Assembly: GCA_044222475.1 (NCBI GenBank)
Contig: JBGANF010000035.1
Coordinates: forward strand, 1-64,000
Direction of reading: 5' to 3'
Length of the DNA stretch: 64,000 nt
Source of the DNA: Polyangiaceae bacterium
GTDB taxonomy: Bacteria; Myxococcota_A; Polyangia; Polyangiales; Polyangiaceae
The position numbers and the translations under genes are program-made. The notes below the pieces were generated by a model. That model had not been told where the DNA came from and made no database searches. It saw only the letters and a list, made by a program, of their open reading frames with translations. This document shows, in pieces, positions 54,146 through 61,948 of the stretch (positions are counted from its first letter, which is position 1; each line of letters opens with the position of its first letter).

Positions 54146-55171
54146 ATGAAAACCCGCGTCCTCGGATTCCTCGGTTGTGCAGTGCTCCTCGCTCCCTTCG
54201 CGTTCGCCGCGTGCGGTGGCGGAAACGACAACCTCCCGCCGCCTCCGCCTCCGCCGCCTCCGCCGCCGACGGCCTCGGTGAGCGCGACCGCGAGCGCGAC
54301 GCCGATGGTCGACGCAGGCCCCACCGCGCCGCCCGCCCCGCCGGTCGCGCTCGTGCTCGGCGCCGCGAGCCCCGACCCCACCGGCCCCGCGCCGTCCGCC
54401 AAGATCGCCGCGCCCACCGCCGGGCAGATCATCCCCGCCGACAAGGCGGGCGACTTCGCGATCAAGCTCGACGTGAAGAACTGGCCGACCGCGGCCGGTA
54501 GCTCGCACGTCCACCTGATCCTCGACAACAAGCCCTACCTCCGCATCGACGATCCGAAGCTCCCGGTGAAGCTCTCGCAGCTCATGAACGGCGAACCGCT
54601 CGCCGAGGGCGAGCACACGCTCGTCGCATTCCCGAGCCGCGGAAACCACGAGAGCGTGAAGAACAAGGACGCGGTCGGCATCGTCCAGTTCTGGGTCGGC
54701 AAGAAGGGCGACTCCAAGCTCGACATCAAGAAGCCGCTGCTCATCTTCAGCCGTCCCAAGGGCGACTACAAAGGCGACGCCGCGAACCACGTTCTCGTCG
54801 ACTTCCAGCTCGCGAACGTGACCCTGGCCGAGGGCAAGGAGCACGTCCACATCTTCGTGACCGGCCCCGGCATCGAGAAGACGCTCGAGGCGAAGGCGGA
54901 GAAGTTCGGCCCGCCGTTCTACTTGGACAACCTCCAGAACGGCTCCTACACCGTCAAGCTCGAGCTCATGGACAAGGACATGAAGGTCCTCCCCGGCCCG
55001 TGGAACTCGACGACTCGGACGATCAAGATCGACCACGACGCGCCGTCGGATCCGGTGATGGATCACGGCGCTCACCCGATGACGTCGGCCGCGCCGAGCG
55101 CGAGCGCAGCGCCGAGCGCGAAGCCGAGCGCCGCTCCTGCACCGAGCGCGAGCGCAGCGCCGAAGAAGTAG
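54146..55171 (+). CDS. Lipoprotein with two Ig-like domains and His motifs
   Basis: Lipobox FAAC, poly-Pro linker, SHVHLILDN, GEHTL..NHES, EHVH. Confidence 0.75.
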   Translation: MKTRVLGFLGCAVLLAPFAFAACGGGNDNLPPPPPPPPPPPTASVSATASATPMVDAGPTAPPAPPVALVLGAASPDPTGPAPSAKIAAPTAGQIIPADKAGDFAIKLDVKNWPTAAGSSHVHLILDNKPYLRIDDPKLPVKLSQLMNGEPLAEGEHTLVAFPSRGNHESVKNKDAVGIVQFWVGKKGDSKLDIKKPLLIFSRPKGDYKGDAANHVLVDFQLANVTLAEGKEHVHIFVTGPGIEKTLEAKAEKFGPPFYLDNLQNGSYTVKLELMDKDMKVLPGPWNSTTRTIKIDHDAPSDPVMDHGAHPMTSAAPSASAAPSAKPSAAPAPSASAAPKK

Positions 55172-56458
55172 ATGGACCGGGCGGCGATCGTCGATCTCGA
55201 TCGACGCCACGTCTGGCACCCCTACACCGACATCGATGCGTGGGAGGCGCACGGCGACCCGATCGTCGTCGCGCGCGCCCACGGCTCGCGCCTGTTCGAC
55301 GCCGACGGTCGTTCGTACCTCGACGGCAACTCGTCGTGGTGGACGGCCGGTCTCGGGCACGCCCACCCTCGCCTCCTCGCGGTGCTCGAGCGTCAAGCCC
55401 GCGACCTCGCTCACGTGGCGCTCGGCGGCATCACCCACGAGCCGGCGGCGGCGCTCGCCGCCGAGCTCGTCGCGATCGCGCCGCGCGGCCTGACGCGTGT
55501 ATTCTACACCGACAACGGATCGACCGCGGTCGAGGCGGCGGTGAAGACGTGCGTGCAGTCGTTCCGCCAGCGAGGCAAACCGGAGAAGGTCCGTTTCGCG
55601 GCGCTCGACGGCGCGTTCCACGGCGACACGATCGGCGCGGCGAGCCTCGGCGGCGTCGAGATCTTCCGCCGACCGTTCGCTGGGGTGCTCTTCGACTGCG
55701 TGCACGCGCCGGTCGAGGAAGGCGGTTTCGAGCGCGCGTTCGCGACCCTCGGTGAGCTCGTCGAGCGCGAGTCGGCCACGCTCGCTGCGGTCGTCGTCGA
55801 GCCGATCGTCCAAGGCGCCGCCGGGATGCGCACGTACGCGCCGGAGCTCCTGCGCCATCTCGCCGAGCGCTGCCGCGCGAACGACGTGCTCCTCGTCTGC
55901 GACGAGGTCTTCGCCGGCTACGGGCGCACCGGCCGCATGTGGGCCTCCGACCACGCGGGCATCACGCCGGACGTGATGTGCATCGGCAAGACGTTCGCCG
56001 GCGGCGTGCTTCCGATGGGCGCGATGCTCGTCACCGAGTCGATCTACGACGCGTTCCGCGGCGGCAAGGAGAAGAGCTTCTACTACGGGCACACCTTCTG
56101 CGGTCACCCGCTCGGGGCGGCGCTCGCGCGCGAGGTCCTCGCGATCTTCCGCGACGAAGGCGTCGTCTCGGCGGTCCAGCGCAAGGCGCCCACGATCGCC
56201 GCCGCGTTCGACCGCATCCGCGCTCTCGACGGCGTCACCGGAGTCCGCAGCCTCGGCATGATCGGCGCGGCCGATCTCGGTGGCTCCGGCTACCTCGGCG
56301 GCCGCGGGTGGCGCGTCTACGAAGAAGCCAAGAAGCGCGGCGCGTACCTGCGCCCCCTCGGCGACACGGTCTACGTGTGCCCGCCGCTCACGATCGACGA
56401 CCGCGATCTCGCCGAGCTCCTCGCGATCCTCGAGGCGAGCGTCGCCGCGACTATTTGA
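55172..56458 (+). CDS. bioA: Adenosylmethionine-8-amino-7-oxononanoate aminotransferase
   Basis: VWHPYT, SSWW, DNGSTAVE, FHGDT, EPIVQGAAGM, DEV..GYGRTG, GK (PLP Lys), GHTFCGHP, LRPLG. Confidence 0.93.
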   Translation: MDRAAIVDLDRRHVWHPYTDIDAWEAHGDPIVVARAHGSRLFDADGRSYLDGNSSWWTAGLGHAHPRLLAVLERQARDLAHVALGGITHEPAAALAAELVAIAPRGLTRVFYTDNGSTAVEAAVKTCVQSFRQRGKPEKVRFAALDGAFHGDTIGAASLGGVEIFRRPFAGVLFDCVHAPVEEGGFERAFATLGELVERESATLAAVVVEPIVQGAAGMRTYAPELLRHLAERCRANDVLLVCDEVFAGYGRTGRMWASDHAGITPDVMCIGKTFAGGVLPMGAMLVTESIYDAFRGGKEKSFYYGHTFCGHPLGAALAREVLAIFRDEGVVSAVQRKAPTIAAAFDRIRALDGVTGVRSLGMIGAADLGGSGYLGGRGWRVYEEAKKRGAYLRPLGDTVYVCPPLTIDDRDLAELLAILEASVAATI

Positions 56459-56789
56459 CGACGACCGAGCTCTTGTACATCTGCATCCCACACGTGAACG
56501 TGAACGTGCGGGCCTGCTCGGTCGGAACGACGACGTAGACGGTCTTGTTCAGGGGCAGCTCTTTCTTCACGTCCATCTCGGGGAAGACGACGTCCTTGGC
56601 GCACGTGTCGTCGCTGGTGCGGGTGAAGCCGAGGGCCACGGCCTCCCCTTGGTGCACCTCGATCGAGCTGGGCGAGAAACCGTTCTCGTCGGCGGTGACG
56701 GCGACGATCTGCTTGCCCGCCGGCGGGGTTTCGTCACCGCCGCGCTTGCAGGCCGAAAGCAACAGGATCGCGAACAACGCTCGTCGCAT
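56451..56789 (-). CDS. Cupredoxin-domain lipoprotein (CupA/EfeO-like)
   Basis: Lipobox LSAC; GFSP, CAKDVVF, FTCGMQMY. Confidence 0.85.
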   Translation of the reverse strand: MRRALFAILLLSACKRGGDETPPAGKQIVAVTADENGFSPSSIEVHQGEAVALGFTRTSDDTCAKDVVFPEMDVKKELPLNKTVYVVVPTEQARTFTFTCGMQMYKSSVVVK

Positions 56790-56816
56790 GCCGGCATCAT
56801 CTATCCTAGCGGCCCC

Positions 56817-57620
56817 ATGAGCAAGGTCCTCACCGAGGTGCGCGGCGCTACGTTCGTCATCACCATCAACCGCCCCGAGAAGCGCAACTGCGTCGACGGC
56901 GAAACGGCGAAGCTCCTCCACGACGCGTGGATCCGCTTCCGCGACGACGACGCGCTCTGGGTCGCGATCCTCACCGGCGCCGGACCGCTCGCGTTCTCGT
57001 CCGGCGCCGACCTGTCCGCGCTCGAGACGCTCGGCCCGCCGCGCGATGCACCAGCGGCCGTGCAGCGACGCTTCGTCACGCACGGCACCGGGTACCTCGG
57101 CTACACGCGCCAGGTCGACATCTACAAGCCGATCCTCTGCGCGGTGAACGGGTTCGCGCTCGCCGGTGGTCTCGAGCTGGCCTGCCTCGGCGACCTGCGG
57201 ATCGTCGAAGAGCACGCCGAGCTCGGCGTCGCGTGCCGCCGGTGGAACGTGCCCCTCGTCGACGGCGGTACGCAGCGCCTTCCGCGCATCGTGGGCATGG
57301 GCCACGCGATGGACCTGATCCTGACCGGACGATCGATCGGCGCGAGCGAAGCGCACCGGATGGGCCTCGCGAACGAAGTCGTACCAAAAGGGGATTCGCT
57401 GCGCCGCGCGCTGGAGCTGGCCGAGACGCTGGCGAAGCTCCCCCAGGGAGCGATGCGAAGCGACAAGCAAGCCGCGATGATGGGCGCCGGCCGGACGCTG
57501 GAGGAAGGCCTACGGATCGAGGCCGAGATGGGCCAGTGGGCGATCCGCAGCGCCGACATCGGAGAAGGCAGCTCTGCCTTCGTCCAGAAGCGGCGCCCGA
57601 AGTTCAGTCAGGACGACTGA
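56817..57620 (+). CDS. Enoyl-CoA hydratase/isomerase
   Basis: INRPEKRN, FSSGADL, KPILCAVNGFALAGGLELA, DGGTQRLPR. Confidence 0.93.
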   Translation: MSKVLTEVRGATFVITINRPEKRNCVDGETAKLLHDAWIRFRDDDALWVAILTGAGPLAFSSGADLSALETLGPPRDAPAAVQRRFVTHGTGYLGYTRQVDIYKPILCAVNGFALAGGLELACLGDLRIVEEHAELGVACRRWNVPLVDGGTQRLPRIVGMGHAMDLILTGRSIGASEAHRMGLANEVVPKGDSLRRALELAETLAKLPQGAMRSDKQAAMMGAGRTLEEGLRIEAEMGQWAIRSADIGEGSSAFVQKRRPKFSQDD

Positions 57621-57629
57621 CGCGTCAGC

Positions 57630-58592
57630 TCACTTGCAGGCGCCGTCGTACGCGACGCTGGTGCCCGCGCCGGCGGCCATGCAGGAGTTCGAGTGCGTCT
57701 TGCCGTCGCAGCCGCAGACCGGCTTGTAGACCTGGAGGCACGCCTGCGGCGCGACCGCGCAGGTGCCCATCTGGTCACCGGCGCCGCACATCGCCTTCGC
57801 GTCGAACGCGCAGTACTGGCCCTTGTCGCACTGGATGCCCATGATGCCGCCGCACGCCTTCGGGCCCTGGTGCACCACGCGGAGGTAGAACTCTTCGGCC
57901 GTTGCCCAGGGGCCGCAGCTCGTGTTCGGCATGCACTTCGGCGTCGCGATGCCGCCGGCGATGAGGATGCCTTCCTTCGTGCCGAGCGCCGTCTGCGCGG
58001 CCGCCAGCTCGGCCTTGCTCGCGGCGACGCCGCCGAGCTCGACCTTGTTCACGTGCATCTCGTTCTTGGAGTTCAGCTCGTAGACCGACAGCGTCGGGCA
58101 CGGCGCCTTGATGCACACGATGCCGTTCTGCGCCGCGCGGTAGAACGTGCCCGTCGGGGCGACGCCGCTCGCGCCGGCCCACGCCTCGGCGACCTTGAGC
58201 TTGCCGTACTTCACGCCGTTGAACGTGAGCGAGCTCATCGTCGCGCGTACCAAAGCGGTACCGGAGGTGAACGCGCCGCGGAAGTCGGACTGCTCGTCGT
58301 CCGAGAGGCCGAGCTTCGAGAGATCCGTCTCGGCCACGTAGCACTCGGCGGCGTACTTGCCGTCGGCGCAGCGGGTGGTCGCGTCGTTCACGCGCTTCAC
58401 GAAGACGCCGCCGCAGATGGGCGACATGCACTTGCGGAAATCCTGCCGCGTCACGATGAAGAACCCGGCGTTCGGGTTCGCGCTCAGCTCGTCGGCCGAG
58501 TCGTCGAGAGCTTCGTCGTCGACGTTGGCGGAGCAGGCGGGGAAAGCGGCGAGGGCGAGAAGAGCAGCGAGGGAAAGGAGTGCGGTACGCAT
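57630..58592 (-). CDS. Lipoprotein with Cys-containing N-terminal domains and C-terminal Kazal protease-inhibitor domain (paralogue 1)
   Basis: Lipobox PAC; DFRKCMSPICGG, GIVCIKAPC; Kazal CLQVYKPVCGCDGKTHSNSC. Confidence 0.85.
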   Translation of the reverse strand: MRTALLSLAALLALAAFPACSANVDDEALDDSADELSANPNAGFFIVTRQDFRKCMSPICGGVFVKRVNDATTRCADGKYAAECYVAETDLSKLGLSDDEQSDFRGAFTSGTALVRATMSSLTFNGVKYGKLKVAEAWAGASGVAPTGTFYRAAQNGIVCIKAPCPTLSVYELNSKNEMHVNKVELGGVAASKAELAAAQTALGTKEGILIAGGIATPKCMPNTSCGPWATAEEFYLRVVHQGPKACGGIMGIQCDKGQYCAFDAKAMCGAGDQMGTCAVAPQACLQVYKPVCGCDGKTHSNSCMAAGAGTSVAYDGACK

Positions 58593-58598
58593 GGCGCC

Positions 58599-58626
58599 TA
58601 TGTACTTCTATATCCTACCTTGTCAA
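58599..58626 (-). promoter_or_regulatory. Promoter/operator of Kazal paralogue 1
   Basis: Minus strand TTGACA-N16-TACATA, 6 nt before the ATG; motif conserved upstream of paralogue 2. Confidence 0.6.
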
Positions 58627-58669
58627 CCCCAAAATTGACGCGACGCACAAACTGCATGGCGTCGTCGCG

Positions 58670-58737
58670 TTCGGCGGGGACGGTGACGGGGACGGGGTCC
58701 GAATGCCGTCCCCGTCCCCCTCCCTCTCCCCGCCGAA
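58670..58737. terminator. Long GC-rich stem-loop after Kazal paralogue 2 (terminator or REP-like)
   Basis: TTCGGCGGGGA pairs with TCCCCGCCGAA; inner GGGGACGGGG pairs with CCCCGTCCCC; no U-tract. Confidence 0.5.
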
Positions 58738-58746
58738 GCGAAACCG

Positions 58747-59721
58747 TCAGTTGCAGGCGCCCTGAGACGCGACCGAAATCCCGGCCGACGCCGCGCGGCA
58801 GTCGTTCGAGTAGGTCTTGCCGTCACAGCCGCAGACCGGCTTGTAGAGCATGTAGCAAATCTCGGGCTTCGGCTGGCAGGTACCGGGAGCGTCCGCCATG
58901 CCGCAGATGTCCTTCGCCTCCCACTTGCAGTACTCGCCCGCGCCGCAGGCCTTCATCCCACGGCCGCCGCACGCGCCGGAGACCTGGTGCGTGACGCGGA
59001 GGTAGAAGTCCGTCGCGTTGAGCTGCGGGCGGCAGGTGGAGTTCGGGCCGCACTTCGGGAACGCCATCGAGCCGCCAATGAGGACGCCTTGCTCGGTGTA
59101 CAGAGCGTTCTTCGCCTCTTCGACCTCGCTCTTCGACGCGCCGGTACCATCGAGGTACACGCCGCCGACCTGCCAGCTCTCCTTCGTGTTGAGCTTCGCG
59201 GCCGACTGCGACGGGCACGGCGCCTTGATGCAGCGAATCCCGTTGTCGAACGCGCGGTAGAACACGACGTCGTCGACGTCGGCCTGGGCCGCGGCTTCCC
59301 ACGCCTCGGTCGCCTTGAGCGTCGCGACCTTGTGGCCGAGGATCGTGCTCGTCGTCGTCGTCGCGCGGATGAGGCCGTGCTTCGCCTCGAACTTCGCGTT
59401 GAAGTCGGACGCTTCGGTCTCGTCGAGCTTGGTGCCGGCGTAGTCGACCTTCGCGACGTAACACTCGGTCTGGTAGCTGCCGTCGGCGCAGTAGGTCTTC
59501 GCCTGGTTGACGCGCTTCACGAAGAAGCCGCCGCACATCGGCGAGGCGCACTTCCGGAGGTCCTGGTGGGTGACGACGAAGTAGCCTGTGTTGCGGTTCG
59601 TCGCGAGGGCGTCCTCGCTGTCGTCCGAAACGTCGTCGGTGTTGGCGTCAGCCGAGCAGCCCGGGAGGGCGGCGAAGGCCGGAAGAGCGAGCGCAGCAGC
59701 GAAAAAGAGCCCGAAACGCAT
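58747..59721 (-). CDS. Lipoprotein with C-terminal Kazal domain (paralogue 2)
   Basis: Lipobox PGC; DLRKCASPMCGG, GIRCIKAPC; Kazal CYMLYKPVCGCDGKTYSNDC; start ATG 59721. Confidence 0.85.
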   Translation of the reverse strand: MRFGLFFAAALALPAFAALPGCSADANTDDVSDDSEDALATNRNTGYFVVTHQDLRKCASPMCGGFFVKRVNQAKTYCADGSYQTECYVAKVDYAGTKLDETEASDFNAKFEAKHGLIRATTTTSTILGHKVATLKATEAWEAAAQADVDDVVFYRAFDNGIRCIKAPCPSQSAAKLNTKESWQVGGVYLDGTGASKSEVEEAKNALYTEQGVLIGGSMAFPKCGPNSTCRPQLNATDFYLRVTHQVSGACGGRGMKACGAGEYCKWEAKDICGMADAPGTCQPKPEICYMLYKPVCGCDGKTYSNDCRAASAGISVASQGACN

Positions 59722-59756
59722 GGTAGGAAACCTCCCGAAATGTCCGTTGTTGGGGC

Positions 59757-59786
59757 ATATGTACTTACATATCCTACCCCGGTCAA
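59757..59786 (-). promoter_or_regulatory. Promoter/operator of Kazal paralogue 2
   Basis: Minus strand TTGACC-N17-TACATA, with perfect palindrome ATATGTA-AG-TACATAT. Confidence 0.6.
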
Positions 59787-59819
59787 CGCCCAAATCGGCT
59801 GCCGGCTAACAATTCCTGG

Positions 59820-61016
59820 TCACCACTCCGGCTTCGCCTCGGGATCCAAGCGCATCTTGCAGGCGATCTGGCTCCCGGCTTGGCAGGCCTGCTCGAGGAT
59901 CGTCAGCCCGCGATCGGGATCCCGCACGACGCCGGTGCCTTGGTACAGCGAGATCCCATAGCCCGCGCAGCCGTCGGCCTGGCCGAGGTCGCACGCCTGC
60001 GAGAAGTAGACGTTCGCCTTGGCGGGATCCTTCTCGATGCCGAGACCGAGCATCGTCACGCGCCCGAGCGCCGCACACCCGAACGGCGACTTTCCGTCGC
60101 AGCCGCGCTGGTAGAACGACGCCGCGCGCGCGTCGTCCTTCGGGACGACGTCCCCCTTCGAGTACATGAAGCCGACGATCGCGCAGCCGTTCGCCGAGCT
60201 CGCATCGCACGCGCGCGACGAGAACCGAAACGCGCGCGGGCCGTCCTTCGTGAGCTTCTCGCCGAGGTAGTAGCTCGAGCCGTACGACGCGAGCGCTTCG
60301 CCGTCGGCGATCGACGGAGTCCACCACGGTCGCAGCGCGAACGCGACGAGCGCGACGAACGCCGTGGCGAACGCCGCGAAGAGCTTCCGCCGCGCGGCCT
60401 TGTCGGGCCCAGTCATCGCCGCGGTGAGCACGAGTCCGACGACGAGCCCGCCGACGTGCGCGTAGTTGTCCAGCCCGAGCCACACGCCGATCCCGCACCA
60501 AATCGCGATGCTCACGAGCGTGCGGCGCGCGTCGGCGTTCGCGAGCAGCGCCTTCAGCGAGCCCGCGTGACGCATGCGGATCACCATCGCGGCACCGGTG
60601 ATCGAGAACACCGCGCCGGAGGCGCCCGCGCTCACGACGTCGTGCCCGACGACGCTGGCCGCGCTCGCACCGATCCCGCCGAGCACGTAGAGCAACCCGA
60701 AGCGGACCGAACCGAGCGCGCGCTCGACCGGGCGGCACCACCCGAGCGACGCGTACCCGTTCCACACGAGGTGCGCGAGACCGATGTGGAGGAACATCGG
60801 CGTCACGAGCCGCCACCACTCGCCGAGCCATACGTGGTAGCGCTCGACTGCACCGACTCGAAGGAGCGTTTGCACCTCCGTCGTCTTCCCCACCCGCTCG
60901 GCGAGGAAGAACGCGACGACGTTGACCGCGAGCAGCCCGAACGTCAGAGGAGTGAGCCGCCGAACGGTCCCCCCCTCCGCAGTCTCCTCCCCGAGCTCCG
61001 GTTCCGCTTGTCTCAC
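59820..61016 (-). CDS. Rhomboid serine protease fused to Sel1-like repeats
   Basis: WWRLVTPMFLH, HLVWN, GASG and AHVGG (intact dyad); four Sel1 repeats (G..V.KD..A..Y..AC). Confidence 0.9.
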   Translation of the reverse strand: MRQAEPELGEETAEGGTVRRLTPLTFGLLAVNVVAFFLAERVGKTTEVQTLLRVGAVERYHVWLGEWWRLVTPMFLHIGLAHLVWNGYASLGWCRPVERALGSVRFGLLYVLGGIGASAASVVGHDVVSAGASGAVFSITGAAMVIRMRHAGSLKALLANADARRTLVSIAIWCGIGVWLGLDNYAHVGGLVVGLVLTAAMTGPDKAARRKLFAAFATAFVALVAFALRPWWTPSIADGEALASYGSSYYLGEKLTKDGPRAFRFSSRACDASSANGCAIVGFMYSKGDVVPKDDARAASFYQRGCDGKSPFGCAALGRVTMLGLGIEKDPAKANVYFSQACDLGQADGCAGYGISLYQGTGVVRDPDRGLTILEQACQAGSQIACKMRLDPEAKPEW

Positions 61017-61033
61017 TGTCTCGAGATGCCTAG

Positions 61034-61107
61034 TCGGGGCGAGAGGATTTGAACCTCCGACTCCTCGGTCCCGAACCGAGTGCGCTACCAGGCTGCGCCA
61101 CGCCCCG
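61034..61107 (-). tRNA. tRNA-Pro (anticodon CGG)
   Basis: Reverse complement folds as a cloverleaf: CGGGGCG acceptor, GCGC D-stem, CTCGG-TTCGGGA-CCGAG anticodon arm, GGAGG-TTCAAAT-CCTCT T-arm; 3' CCA not encoded. Confidence 0.97.
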
Positions 61108-61331
61108 GAAATGCTCCGATTCTCACGAACCGGGGTGCGACTTATGAGGGCTAACCCCCGCGCCAGTCAACCTGAATCCACCTTCCATTGGGTTCAGTGG
61201 TCCAGACGGCCCAGACGGCCGATCCGGACAGGGTCAATTTCACTGTCACTGTTTCGACCTTTTATTGGTACTGTAACCGCGCGAATTTCGCTCACGTCCC
61301 ACGCTCACGTCCCAGAGGAGTTGGAGAGCCC

Positions 61332-61937
61332 ATGCCTGAGCTTCCTGCCGTTCGCTTTCTCATCGTCGACGACGACAAAGCCATCTGCGAGATGATGCAG
61401 ACGTTGCTCGAGGCCGAGGGCTACCAGGTCAAGACCCTCAACGATCCCACGCAGGTCGAAGCCGAGGTTCGCGCCGGCGGCTACCACATGATCGTCCTCG
61501 ATCTGATGATGCCGAAGCTCGACGGCATCGAGGTGCTCCGCCGCATCCGCAAGATCGACAGCGACATCGCGGTCGTCATGTTCACCGGCTTCCCCAACCT
61601 CGAGAGCGCGGTCGCCTCGATGAAGCTCGACGCGGTCGACTACATCAAGAAGCCGATCAACGTCGACGAGTTCCGCGAGGTCGTCGCGCGCGTGATGCGC
61701 AAGAAGGGCCTCGCGCGCACGCCGGAGGAGCAGCTCCACCGCGTGATCGGCGACACGATCCGAAACCTCCGCAAGGAGAAGGACCTCACGCTCAAGCAGA
61801 TGTCGCGTCGCACCGGGCTCAGCGTGTCGCTGCTCTCGCAGATCGAGCGCGCGGAATCGTCCGCGTCGATCTCGTCGCTCTACAAGATCGCGCTCGCGCT
61901 CGAGTCGCGCATTCAAGACCTCTTCGGCGAATACTAG
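61332..61937 (+). CDS. digR: Response regulator with C-terminal XRE HTH, DigR-like
   Basis: Receiver (IVDDD, LDLMMP, KP) plus IRNLRKEKDLTLKQMSRRTGLSVSLLSQIER; same architecture as M. xanthus DigR. Confidence 0.7.
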   Translation: MPELPAVRFLIVDDDKAICEMMQTLLEAEGYQVKTLNDPTQVEAEVRAGGYHMIVLDLMMPKLDGIEVLRRIRKIDSDIAVVMFTGFPNLESAVASMKLDAVDYIKKPINVDEFREVVARVMRKKGLARTPEEQLHRVIGDTIRNLRKEKDLTLKQMSRRTGLSVSLLSQIERAESSASISSLYKIALALESRIQDLFGEY

Positions 61938-61948
61938 GAGAAGCAAGT

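Noticed and set aside
61034..61107. tRNA-Pro as the integration site of a genomic island
   Set aside because: There is no integrase, no duplicated tRNA 3' end in the window, and no compositional shift in the flanking genes.
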